In this document: piece after piece, positions 1 to 11,820 of the stretch | Layout: the number at the start of each line of letters is the position of its first letter | Position numbering within the stretch: position 1 is the first letter of the stretch | From: Octopus bimaculoides | Lineage: Eukaryota | Assembly: GCF_001194135.2 (NCBI RefSeq) | Contig: NC_068984.1 | Location: 81,011,873 to 81,053,645 of the forward strand | DNA length: 41,773 nt | Direction of reading: 5' to 3' | The notes under the pieces: generated by a model | Told to the model about the DNA's origin: nothing | The model's database searches: none | Seen by the model: only the letters and a program-made list of their open reading frames with translations | Translations under genes and position numbers: made by a program

Positions 1-290
1 ACGTGTGTATATATGTATGTTATGTATGTATGCATGTATGCATGTATATATATACGTGTAAGTATGTAGTATATGCATGTATGTATGCATTCATGTATGT
101 ATGTATTTATCAATGAATGTATGTATATAATGTATGTATGTAAATCATGTATGCATGCATATGCATGTAAGTACGTAGTGTACATATGTATATATGCATG
201 TATGTATATGCATGAATGTTCGTATGTATGTAATGTATTTGAATATTTATGTATGTATGTATGTATGTATGTATGTATGTAGGTAGGTGT
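1..290. repeat. (TATG)n-type degenerate microsatellite
   Basis: Continuous imperfect TATG/TGCA repeats. Confidence 0.9.
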
Positions 291-355
291 TTGCATGTTT
301 TTTTTTATGACTTAATGCATTGGAAATACATTTTTTTCTTCAGTCAATATCTTTG

Positions 356-560
356 ACATGTTTCAGTCATTTGACTGCGGCTATCCTGGGGCGCTGTCTT
401 GAATGGTTTAGCCAAACAAATCCCCAGTACTTATTTTTTTAAAAAAACCAGCTTGGTACATATTCTTTCGGTCTTTTTGGCCAGGCCGCTAATTTATGGG
501 GAAGTAAACAAACCAACATCGGTTATCAAGTGGTAGTAGAGGGCAAACTCATACACAAAG
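356..560 (-). mobile_element. SINE family B (informal), 3' half
   Basis: Matches the 3' half of the full copy at 11821-12238 (tttcagtcatttgactgcggc...catcggttatcaag), then runs into CA/TA microsatellite and an N gap. Confidence 0.85.
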
Positions 561-1395
561 ACGCGCGCGCACTCGCACTCACACACACACACATACACTT
601 ACATACATACACACATACATACATGCATACATACATGCATATATATATATATATATANNNNNNNNNNNNNNNNNNNNNNNNNNNNNNNNNNNNNNNNNNN
701 NNNNNNNNNNNNNNNNNNNNNNNNNNNNNNNNNNNNNNNNNNNNNNNNNNNNNNNNNNNNNNNNNNNNNNNNNNNNNNNNNNNNNNNNNNNNNNNNNNNN
801 NNNNNNNNNNNNNNNNNNNNNNNNNNNNNNNNNNNNNNNNNNNNNNNNNNNNNNNNNNNNNNNNNNNNNNNNNNNNNNNNNNNNNNNNNNNNNNNNNNNN
901 NNNNNNNNNNNNNNNNNNNNNNNNNNNNNNNNNNNNNNNNNNNNNNNNNNNNNNNNNNNNNNNNNNNNNNNNNNNNNNNNNNNNNNNNNNNNNNNNNNNN
1001 NNNNNNNNNNNNNNNNNNNNNNNNNNNNNNNNNNNNNNNNNNNNNNNNNNNNNNNNNNNNNNNNNNNNNNNNNNNNNNNNNNNNNNNNNNNNNNNNNNNN
1101 NNNNNNNNNNNNNNNNNNNNNNNNNNNNNNNNNNNNNNNNNNNNNNNNNNNNNNNNNNNNNNNNNNNNNNNNNNNNNNNNNNNNNNNNNNNNNNNNNNNN
1201 NNNNNNNNNNNNNNNNNNNNNNNNNNNNNNNNNNNNNNNNNNNNNNNNNNNNNNNNNNNNNNNNNNNNNNNNNNNNNNNNNNNNNNNNNNNNNNNNNNNN
1301 NNNNNNNNNNNNNNNNNNNNNNNNNNNNNNNNNNNNNNNNNNNNNNNNNNNNNNNNNNNNNNNNNNNNNNNNNNNNNNNNNNNNNNNNNNNNNNN

Positions 1396-1452
<57 letters not shown>

Positions 1453-1515
1453 ACACGCTCACTCATACACATACACCCCCGCTCACACATATGTATGTAT
1501 GAGCGTATGCGCGTC

Positions 1516-1716
1516 CTTGCGTTTGTCGCCACCACCGTTTAATAACCGTTGTTGCTTTATTTATGTCCCTGAAATGTGGTTCGGCAAAAGAATGGTATAA
1601 CAAATACCAGACTTTGAAAAATTAGTAGCGGAGTCGATTTCATCGACTATATCCTTCAAGACGATGCCCCAGCATCACCCCAGTCCTGTGACTGGAACAT
1701 ATAAAAGAATAAAAGC
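1516..1716 (+). mobile_element. SINE family B, 3' half
   Basis: ggttcggcaaaaga...cttcaagacgatgccccagc...aaaagaataaaag matches the reverse complement of 11821-12010. Confidence 0.8.
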
Positions 1717-2820
1717 ATAGTCTTCTGGATCGCCAGAAGACTATACTTTTAAAATCCAGCCGACGGAAACTGTGAGGTACCCCGTTGGAAGGACTGTTCA
1801 TCGTTTTGGGTAGCACCCTATTTAATATCATCAGTTGTGTGTCTTTAACGCAGGGGTTGGCGAACCAGAGTAAATTACCTCAAGTGGGATAAAAATGAAA
1901 TTCATGGGAGTAATGAGGATTCATTAGACATGAATAAAAGTTATATAAAAAACGTGTTCCTTGTTATTAATGATTTTCTTCTTTTCGAATCAAGAGGGTA
2001 ACGTCGGCGTAAATAAATATATTTTGGGGTAATTGGTTGAAAAGGTTCCTCGATCCCTGGCCTAACGGAATATCTAGTAGATAGCAGAAAACTGGGTGAA
2101 ATTCTAGTCAGACGATAACCCCCATCCTTCCTCCGACTTGTCGCAGGGCGGGTGTCTTCAAAAGAGGTTACGGGCATTGCCTTTCTTTCTCTGTCTAAGT
2201 TACAAAGAAAACTAAAAGGTAGTGAATAGAATCGTCATTGAACCAACCTCCACAAGTATTGTCAGGTTATTTCACCACACCCAAATTCACAAGTGTTATC
2301 AGCACATTGTCGTAAGTTTTTATCAACCATATCATCTTTCAGATTTATTTTCAAACAAGTTTCTTGTCCACCTTACTTTGCGAATTTTTTATGTCTGTCT
2401 CTTGTCAGAGCTACAAGTCATGCTTCTTTAATCTTCAATGATCATCTCTAACTGATATGTAGATATTTTAAGTCTTGCTTCTTTCGAATACCGGTGAATT
2501 GGCAGAATCATTAGCGCGCCCTCGTATGTATTGCGGCATCTTACGCACTGCGTTCAAATCTTATCAAGAGCAACGTTGCCAATTGTCTTGTAATAAAATA
2601 AAGTACCACTCAAGTACTAGTACCACTAATTACTCACATCAAATCTTTTGCTGTTTGTATCTGTTAGAAACGAGAGCGTCAGACATGAACGAGAAGTACT
2701 TTATGGTGTTTCTTCCGGTTCTCTACATTCCGAATTCAAATGCTACCGATGTCATTCTTCCGAGGTCGATAGACTAAGCTACCAGTAGAAAGGATTATTA
2801 TTATTACTACTAACGTCTAT

Positions 2821-3575
2821 AAGGTGGAAAGTTAGCAGAGCCATTAACACGCCAGACAAAATGCTTAGCGTCGTTTCATCCATCTTTAAGTTCTGCGTTC
2901 ATATTCCGCCGAGGTCGACTTTGTCTTTCATCCCTTTCGGGGTCGATAAAATAAGCACGTGTCAAGTTTCCGTCTACCAAATTTTATTCACAACGTATTG
3001 ATCACTTCGAGTCATAATGTTTTAGCCTTTAACATTTATGTTTAACATCTAATATTTATGCATTTATGCAAGGTGACGAGCTGGCAGAATCGTTAGCACG
3101 CTGGACAAAATGTTTAGTCAGCTTTTCGTCCGTCTTTATGTTCTGAGTTCAAATTCCGCCGAAGGCGATCTGTTTTTCATCCCTTTCAGGGTCGACAAAA
3201 TGAGTACCAGCCAAGTACTGTGGTCAATGTAATCTACTTATTCCCTCCCTACGAACTTGCTGGCTTTGTGCCAAAATTTAAAACCAGTATTAATGTATCT
3301 CTATGTAACATTTGTATGTATAAATAGTCGATTCCAGTTATATTGTAAGTCGGTGAGCTGGTACAATCGTTAGCACGCCAGCTAAAATACTTAGCGGCAT
3401 TTTGTACGTCTTAATGTTCTGAGTTCAATTGACACCGGGGCCAACTTTACCATAATCCTTTCCGGGTCGATAAAGTAAGTACCAGTTGAGCAGTAAGGTC
3501 TATGTAATCGACTGACCCCTTCTCCATAGCCCTGAAATTACTGGTCTTGTATCAAAATTTGAAACTAATTCCCGT
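2821..3575 (+). mobile_element. Three consecutive SINE family A copies (about 2821-2968, 3071-3288, 3351-3570)
   Basis: Each has a tRNA-like head (gagctggcagaatcgttagc...gagttcaaattcc) and the body gtcgactttgcctttcatcctttcggggtcgataaa.taagtacc. A more decayed copy lies at about 2492-2580. Confidence 0.9.
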
Positions 3576-3730
3576 TATACTAAAACAAACGGAATTTGAT
3601 GTTTTGATTTGCTGTATATTTTAACTTTTTGGGGTACGGAAATTCTACAAAACGGAAGTCCTACAAAGCGGAAGTGCCTTCCCCCAAATCCTAAGTTTTA
3701 AACCTGACTGGCAATACTTACTGGTAGTGA

Positions 3731-4153
3731 TATTCTTTCTACTATAAGTACAGAGCCTAAAATTTGGGGGATGAGAATGGGCTCGATTACATCGACAGCA
3801 GAGCTTACCTTGTTCGTGTTTTATCGATCAGGTGAAGGTGAAAGGCAAAGTCGACCTCGGAGGAATTTGAGCTCTGAACATAAAGGCAGAAGAAATGTTG
3901 CTAAGCATTTTGCCCAGCGTGCTAACGATTCTGCCAGCTCACCACCTTTATTAGCAGTAATATTGGTTTCAAATTTTGACACAAAGCCAGTAATTTGGAG
4001 AGAAGGAGGTAAGTCGATTACATCGAACTCAGTGCTTAACTGGTACTTATTTTATCGACCTCGAACAGATGAAAAGGAAAGTTGACCCCGGCGGTATTTG
4101 ATCTCAGAACGTAAAGTCAGGAGAAATGCCGCTAACCATCCTGTCCAGCCACC
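3731..4153 (-). mobile_element. Two SINE family A copies (about 3731-3946, 3961-4153)
   Basis: Reverse complement of the same head and body (gaaaggcaaagtcgacctcgg...gctaacgattctgccagctc). Confidence 0.9.
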
Positions 4154-4162
4154 TTTACTAGT

Positions 4163-5055
4163 ATTGGTTTCAAATTTTGGCACAAAACCAGCAAGTTTGA
4201 GGGAGGTGTAGATAATTTCGGGAAAGATGGGTTAGTCGATTACATCGACCCACACTGTACGTGGATCTTTTCTGAAATCTTAAAATTAAGTGAAATTTTT
4301 CAAATTTGGTGTTTTGATGTAATTTTTCATGCTGAATTTCATTGTTCTAGAATTTTTTTTTTTAAGTTGCAGTCAGATAATTTTTATCAAGTCAGAACAC
4401 AGGATTTGGAAGCTGTCATTTTGTGCGAGACTGCAATCGTAAGACGACAAAACAATAATGTCGCTATTGCAATGATAGCACGTGTTTTAAGCAATTAATA
4501 AATGAAAAGTGACCAAAAAACGAGTGAACAACATATATTTTGTAGTTTTAAGCATTCAAAATGAATTTAATGCGGAAAAAAAAAGAGTAAACAACACATT
4601 TTGTAGTTTTAAAAGCAAAAAAAAAATTGTAAGCAAATGAATATTTATCATAAACACACTTGGTGGGTTCCTAACGCTTGACTTGTTACTATGGAAACAA
4701 GCACCTGTATATCTGTGGCTTTCGATTGGCTAAAATTACCCCAAATTTGCAAACTTTAAAAGCTATTAACTGTTTATTTATTTATTGACTTATGGCGAAA
4801 ATGAATTGCATTTCAATAATTAGTATACAAAACTACATCAATACACCAAATATGAAATCGAGTAGAACAAAACTGAAGAAATTGAAAAGTGGCAGCCAAG
4901 CAGAAAAATATCCCTCGATCAGTACTTATATTGTCGACCCGAACAGATGAAAGGCAAAGTTGACTCGGTGAAATTTGAACTCAGAATGTAAAGACGGATG
5001 AAATGCCGCAAAGCATTTTGTGCGGCGTGCTAACGATTCTGTCAGTTTGCCGCCC
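4163..5055 (-). mobile_element. SINE family A copy split by a DNA element
   Basis: The tail half lies at 4163-4262 and the head half at 4914-5055. The two halves are colinear with the consensus. Confidence 0.75.
4263..4913. mobile_element. Non-autonomous GGAT-terminated DNA element (Merlin-like)
   Basis: Termini ggatcttttctg / cagaaaaatatcc. Subterminal inverted repeat atttggtgt(t/a)ttgatgta at about 4303 and 4832. Homologous to 12476-13270. No clear TSD. Confidence 0.7.
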
Positions 5056-5611
5056 TTACTTAGTGGTAATTCTGACGAGAAATTCGATAGTGAGTTTCCG
5101 ATACCAACTGGTGGTTTTGTGGAAAGACCACACCTTTCTTATTTCTTTGTTCTGCAATTCTGTCTTTTGTTAATTTATCAGTCGTCGTTATGTATCATAT
5201 TGTTAATACTTTACTTTAACAATGTTTCTCTTATGTTTCTTATATATTCTCTGAACTATTTAACCTTTCAGTTCATACTTCAAAAGTTCTGATACGTTAT
5301 CTTCCTTCTCACATACGCTTCTCTCTGATTATCTGTGACTTGCCCATCAGTCAGGTAAAAAGCCTTTTTCAAAACAATTTCTAGTTTAAAACAACATACC
5401 AAGGTTTCAGATTCCGTAATTATTTTATTTGACTTTCTATCATCACTACTTAACCAGTAATAGGATCAGCCATCCGCTTGAGTTTTCAATACGCCTTGTG
5501 TGTAATGATGTGTACATACATGAAGTGTGGTAGTGTTTCATTATGTGTATACGAGTGCACCCGTATCTAATGATGTGTTATTGTGTGAAATGATGTATAT
5601 GTGTGGGAAGT

Positions 5612-5898
5612 GGAAACGCGTGGCTTAGTGGTTAGGGTATTCGGCTCATGATCGTAAGGCCGTGAGTTCGATATTCGGTGGTGCATTGTGTTCACGTTGC
5701 TTTAGTCTATTTAGCTATTATAAATAAGGTGTGTCTGTAATTCAAAAGAGTCGGCCTTTTCACATTGTGTCTCCCTGAGGACTATCTCAAGAATACGTGT
5801 TTCTGTGGAGTGCTCAGCCACTTGCACATCAATTTCATGAGCAGGCTGTTCGGTTGATCGAATCAACTGGAGCTCTCGCCGTCGGTTGCGGTGGTGCC
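5612..5898 (+). mobile_element. SINE family C (tRNA-headed)
   Basis: A box tggcttagtgg and B box gagttcgat, followed by a body also seen at 24220-24395. Confidence 0.8.
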
Positions 5899-6002
5899 TA
5901 ATGGTATATTAACGTTGTTGTTTAACCCCAAGTAAAAACATGATAGAGCAGACCTATGGTCAAATGTATTCATTCAGTCTTTTCGTGTATGTAAAAGGAC
6001 TG

Positions 6003-6895
6003 GGATCTTTGGGCTTTGACGGGCAACATTTTTTTATGTAGTGTTTTTGATACCGAAACACTTTCAAACTTCGTATACTTGTATATTTTGTGGTATAGAA
6101 CAGATAAAAAATTTTGTATTCGAAGTTATTTCACGTTAAAAATTGTCTTATTTCGATAATTTCAACTAATTATTGACGTCTATTCAGTTGAAAACAGTTA
6201 GCGCTGAAACGGTGTATATCGTATTAATCCCCGTTAGTTCTGACATTTCCAATTAACTAGACTGTTCGTAAACAAAGGGGAAAAAGCCATCAAAATACTT
6301 GAATATTGCCTGCACTTGTTATTGGAGCTGGCAGAATTATTAATGCACCTCCAAGTGCTTCATTTCCTAGAAATAGCAGCCAAATCTTCTTTAAATCAAA
6401 CTCTAGTTTNNNNNNNNNNNNNNNNNNNNNNNNNNNNNNNNNNNNNNNNNNNNNNNNNNNNNNNNNNNNNNNNNNNNNNNNNNNNNNNNNNNNNNNNNNN
6501 NNNNNNNNNNNNNNNNNNNNNNNNNNNNNNNNNNNNNNNNNNNNNNNNNNNNCTAGAATCCGAACTCTAAAATTGTTACACACACAGATACGCACAGCGT
6601 AATTTATTATATAAACAATATATGCGTATAAATTACAATTAAACCGGATGAAATATATCACAGGGAATAACATTTTTATGACCGGCCAGCAGTAACTGTA
6701 TTCAGCTGAATAGACGTGAGTGATTGGTTGAAATTACAGAAATACGACAACTTTAACATGAAATAACTTGCGATGTACAAAATTTTGTTAAGAAAGTAAA
6801 GAGAAGTTGTTTTATATGACACATTCTACCAGTGTCCCAAGTTTGAAAGTGTTTCGTTAAGAAAACAAATGTTGCCCGTCAAACCCCAAAGATCC
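6003..6895. mobile_element. Merlin-like MITE, GGATCT termini
   Basis: 29-bp TIRs ggatctttggg(c/g)tttgacgggcaacattt. Perfect 8-bp TSD aaggactg at 5995-6002 and 6896-6903. Body is an inverted homolog of 8434-9203. Central N gap. Confidence 0.85.
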
Positions 6896-8433
6896 AAGGA
6901 CTGTATAAAATATGTCCTTTTTTTAGACAGATTATAATTTGAAGGAATTTGTTTGCTATTTCTAGCATTTCGAGGGTCTACGTAGAGGTTCATTCATTGG
7001 CTCTCGTATAGAAATGGGTAGTTGTGTGTTGACGAGATTATCTTGAATTCTCTCCAGTAATTCAGCATCGTGGGTGGTGTTGTGACATGGTTATCTTCCA
7101 CCCCAACTCTCTTTTCAAATGTCTGACTGTCCGGTAGTGTGTCATAGTGAAGTGAAGGTGGTGTAATGTTGTAATGGAATTAGAGTGATAAAAAGATTAT
7201 ATCTATATATATATTATTACGTAGAACTATAGAAACATTAAGTTAATCGCTGACCCTTATGAACCTCTGAGTGTTGAGAGAAGGATTGACTTGGCTGATA
7301 GTCTAGTGAATATGACAATCAAATAACAATAGTCTTTCCATTCTTTAGTTACACCCGAATATTTTGATAATGTAATCTTTTTGTTTGCTGATGTTGTTAG
7401 CATTGGACGATTTAACAAACGTATATCACCACTCCTATAGAAAGTGAAATTAGCAGTATTCGTTAAGTTAACATTAACACATTTAAAGTAGTAAACGTAA
7501 AAAGCTACTTTAAAAAAATTATGTGGTAATGAAAATGTAGTATTAACTCGATGAAAATAGTATTATTTTAATAATTTGGCAAGAACGGGAGACAACTCTG
7601 TACATATATCGTTCTTATTAGACATTCTCAGCGAAACAAAAAAATTGCCGTGTTTGTCAAAATAGTAATAAGAGAATATACAAGTAGATGTACAACTGTG
7701 TCTTTCATACTTTCAGGGTCGATAAAATAAATACGACCAGAGCAGAGAATTAGGGGAACAGTAAGAACACCAAGCTAAATGTCTTGTCGTATTTGTTTCA
7801 GCTCTTTACGTTCTGAGTGCAAATACCACCATGGCCTACTTAGGAAGAAGACTTAAACTCTCCATCTCCTGGTTTAACTCCACCATTTGGCTTCAAGGGT
7901 GTCTTTAGCAGAGTCCACTCTATTACAAGGTCTAAGAAACATTGCAACATGCATGGTAGTTGAATACGAAGCTTAGCACAGAGGGTGGATTAAACAAAGG
8001 AACGCATATACGATTCGCTTCAAATATATCAAGGTGAGCATGCAGTCGCTAAAACAAATATGTAAGAAGGAATGTGTGTATCGGACCGCCAGTTCGTGCA
8101 CACTTGAGCTTGACGAGAGTGGAGACGATATTCTACCTGGACGTCTACAACACTCTGGCACTTAAAATAGACTTTATTTATAAGCTTATTGCCGAGAACA
8201 ATCAAGAAGGAGCCGGAGAAATTATCACGTGAAAACCGTTCGTTGATTGACTGATAGTTTGACCTTACACGTAAAAGAGTTGATCAATGTTGTGGCTTGA
8301 AGTCCGTAATGTGACGTCTCGGGTTCGAGTGTTGCTACAAGGTCTTCGATTTGATGACAACATTTCCCCACCACCAATACCACCACTTGTAAAAGGGTCA
8401 TGAACAAGGCCTTCCCTCCTGATAAGAAAAAGT

Positions 8434-9203
8434 GGATCTACTTTAAAACGGGGGCGCCAGTATTTTCTTAACGAAACACTAACGAAACACTTTGAAACTT
8501 GGGACACTGGTAGAATGTGTCATATAAAACATCTTTTACTCTTAGTCTTCTTAACAGAAAAAAGGAATTCGCAAGTTATTCCATGTTAAAGTTGTCGTAT
8601 TTCTGTAATTTCAACCAATCACTGACGTCTATTCAGCTGAATAGAGTTTACTGCTGGGCGGTCATAAAAATGTTATTCCCTGTGACATATTTCATCCGGT
8701 TTAATCGTAATTTATACGCATATATTGTTTATATAATAAATTACGCTGTGCGTATCTATGTGTGTAACAATTTTAGAGTTCGGATTCTAGAGTTAGGGTT
8801 AGTTTTAGGGTTAGGGTTACGGTTACGGTTACGNNNNNNNNNNNNCGCTGTGCGTATCTATGTGTGTAACAATTTTAGAGTTCGGATTCTAGAGTTAGGG
8901 TTAGTTTTAGGGTTAGGGTTACGGTTACGGTTAACAGTCTAGTTAGGGTTAATGTTAGGGTTAGGGGATTAATACGATATACACCGTTACAGCGCTAACT
9001 GTTTTCAACTGAATAGACGTCAGTGATTAGTAGAAATTATCGAAATAAGACAATTTTTTACATGAAATAAATTCGAATACAAAAATATTTTTTTGTTCTA
9101 TAACACAAAATAGATAAGTATACAAAGTTTGAAAGTCTTTCCGTACCAAAAACACTACATAAAACATAAATGAAAACTGGTGCCCCCGTTTTAAAATAGA
9201 TCC
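8434..9203. mobile_element. Merlin-like MITE with internal TTAGGG-like repeats
   Basis: 28-bp TIRs ggatcta(c/t)tttaaaacgggggc(g/a)ccagt. Perfect 8-bp TSD gaaaaagt at 8426-8433 and 9204-9211. Central ttaggg/ttacgg repeats at about 8790-8965. Confidence 0.85.
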
Positions 9204-9764
9204 GAAAAAGTATGTATAGTTACGAAGTCTGACATTAAATACACTGAGGGAAACATTTTTTCTTTTAATATACCAAATTTGAAACCTATTCGTGCATAGT
9301 ATTGTAAATCTACAAACGGTGTTTCCTTCCGCAGGGGACATAATTTTCTTTTCAAAGTGATTTTAGACTTTTTAAAACTTATCCAACATTTAGCTCTATA
9401 ATTAATTTTATATTATTTGTTAGACAAGAACAGGAAGCAGCTCGGAGCAAGTCTCGTTCATTTTACATCTCCTCAGCGAAACGTAAATTTCACAGTTCTT
9501 GGCGATGCAATAAAGAGAGAAGAATTATATAGATGCAAAATATTTAACTTTTTCAAAATAGAGGAAGATGCCAAGGGAGGGAATCTCAGTTACTTTTAAG
9601 CCATGTAAAACCAGGTAAAGCTCCAACGTTATGGGTTCTAAGCCCCTTGACAGTCCCCTAACCGTTTTGTTTTTAGGAGAAAGGAATCTCGTAATTAAAT
9701 TACCCAACGTGCCCTCCTTTTCTCTTTATTTTTTTTTAAAGACAGCAAAGTATAGTGATTTCAC

Positions 9765-9955
9765 ATTTTGGCATAAGGCCAGCAATTCTGGGAGAGAAGG
9801 TAGGTAAGTCGATTACATCGACCCTAGTATTCGACTGGTACTTATTTTATCGACTCCAGAAGGATGAAAGGCAAAGTCGACCACGGCAGAATTTGAACTC
9901 AGAACGTAAAGATGGCTGAAACACTGCAGAGCATTTTCCCCGGCGTTTAGAAAAA
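9765..9955 (-). mobile_element. SINE family A
   Basis: gtcgattacatcgaccc...gaaaggcaaagtcgacc...aatttgaactcagaacg. Confidence 0.85.
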
Positions 9956-10321
9956 TATTTGCGCTATTTTTAGTTGTTAAAGAGATCAAGTAAATGTTCG
10001 CTCGTTGTTTCCTTCCAGCAGATAAATATTCCATCTCGCTGGTTCCAATGGATAAAATGTTCGAAATGGTTAGTAAATAAACGGTGTATCTGGGTATCAG
10101 AACTTCATAGAAGAACCATCTTAACCATCATTCAACCAGCTAAAAATAGAAACCGAATTTCCTTCATGTTGTACCCTACCTAAAACTTCGAAAAGAGAAA
10201 AAGATATTTTACATACATAGCTCTAGAAACACTGTCTGGAAAATTAAAAAGATATGTATAAAATATTATATAACTATAATAATCTATGGGACCCTTTGAT
10301 CAGAGCTAATCGTGAACTAAA

Positions 10322-10592
10322 TAACAACGCCAACAACAACAACAACAACAACGCCAACAACAACAATATAAGAATTAGTAACTGTCCATTTTGACTCTAT
10401 GACATATTTTCTAGCTTGTTCATTGTTGTGTGTGGGGGGGAGATGTTGTTTTATCTTTTCATCGTTGTATATTCTCTCGAGGCTTCCTGTCACAAATTAT
10501 TGCCTCACCACACCTTAATCATTTTGGTTCAGGTTATTTTCTTTGCATGTGTATATGTCTGTGCGTGTCTACTGTACATGTATGTATGTATG

Positions 10593-10643
<51 letters not shown>

Positions 10644-10885
10644 CATATCCCTTCCATAAAACCTTACCGATAATATTTTACTGGTGCAATAAAACTTAAA
10701 AGATAGTCTATCTAACGACTGGATGATAACGAAAACACTCATATACATATATATGTATGATCATGCACACATGCACACACACAAACACACACACATACAC
10801 ACACGTACACACACACACACATACACACATAAGGAACACACACATATATACATACAAATTCATACACATTCACATATGCGTATAT
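10322..10885. repeat. Microsatellites (CAA)n about 10322-10366, (TG)n about 10560-10641, (CA/TA)n about 10740-10885
   Basis: Direct inspection. Confidence 0.9.
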
Positions 10886-11479
10886 GATAAGTTTTACCGA
10901 ATACACATTTTGAAAGAGATATGCATACATTTAGAATTTTAAACTCGCATTTAATACTTTCTTCCTTCCTTCATTCTTTCGAGCGTTTTTTTTTTTTGTG
11001 TGTAGGGTGAGATGGAAAGGAAGGTGTAGATGGGAGGATTATGATGTAGGATTATGGAGTAGGGGTGGAGGTTGTTACCGAACGATTACTCTCTGTGAAG
11101 GATGAGACTCGTTAATGTTTCTCGCTTTCAAACTGCTGTTAAGAAATTATATGAATGTAGGTTTTGATATATTCTTAAGAAATCGAAATTTTTTTTTTAA
11201 GTTACAGAAAGAAACAACAAAATCTTGCGGTCGGCCATTCTCGAGGGAAAAGGGAGAAACTACAGACTTAAAGGCAAGAAAATCTGACCTTTGTCTACAG
11301 ACAAGAAATAACTATGGACATGTTTCTATCAGGTTGACCTCGTCAAACTAATTCATTCTAACTAAAGCAGCCGATTAGTTGACACAGTTTATAAGTCCAA
11401 AAATTATTATTACGGATAATTTTTGGCCAGAATAATTTGCATAACTAAAAATAAAATGTGAAAACGGAAAATAACTGGA

Positions 11480-11695
11480 ATAATCCTTTCTATTATAGGC
11501 ACAAAGCCTGAAGTTTTAGGAGAGGGAACTAGTCGATTACATCGACCCAAATGTTTTACTGGTACTTAATTCATCGACCTCGAAAGGATGAAAGGCAAAG
11601 TCGACCTCGGCGGAATTTGAACTCAGAACGTAGCGGCAGACGAAATATCGCTAAGCATTTCACCCGGCGTGCTAACGATTCTGCCAGCTCGTTGC
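11480..11695 (-). mobile_element. SINE family A, near full length
   Basis: Well-conserved head and body with the tail type ...ggctttgtgcctataatagaaaggatt (minus strand). Confidence 0.9.
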
Positions 11696-11820
11696 CTTAA
11701 ATAAGTGGAATTATACGAATGAAATGTTAAGGGATGATGCGTCGAATGCCGTTCACAAAAGAATACTTAAAGCATTTCTGAAATCTCTCTTCGTCCCATA
11801 TTTTTATTATATAAATTGTA

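Noticed and set aside
1717-1760. Hairpin plus T-run as a rho-independent terminator
   Set aside because: The context is eukaryotic, and the T-run on the minus strand is simply the SINE B tail.
3635-3680. Tandem cggaagt (ETS-like) motifs
   Set aside because: Two short motifs with no other promoter evidence; not distinguishable from a small local duplication.
7978-8040. Possible 57-nt exon HRGWIKQRNAYTIRFKYIK ending at AG/GTGAGC
   Set aside because: Poor acceptor, no recognisable protein and no partner exon.
8745-8932. About 88-bp duplication on either side of the 12-N gap
   Set aside because: Near-identical copies abutting a tiny gap are the typical signature of overlapping contig ends.
8790-8965. 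True telomere or chromosome fusion site
   Set aside because: The tract is short, degenerate and enclosed by TIRs and an 8-bp TSD.
9553-9620. Possible exon MPREGISVTFKPCKT ending at CAG/GTAAAG
   Set aside because: Only the splice-like dinucleotides support it.
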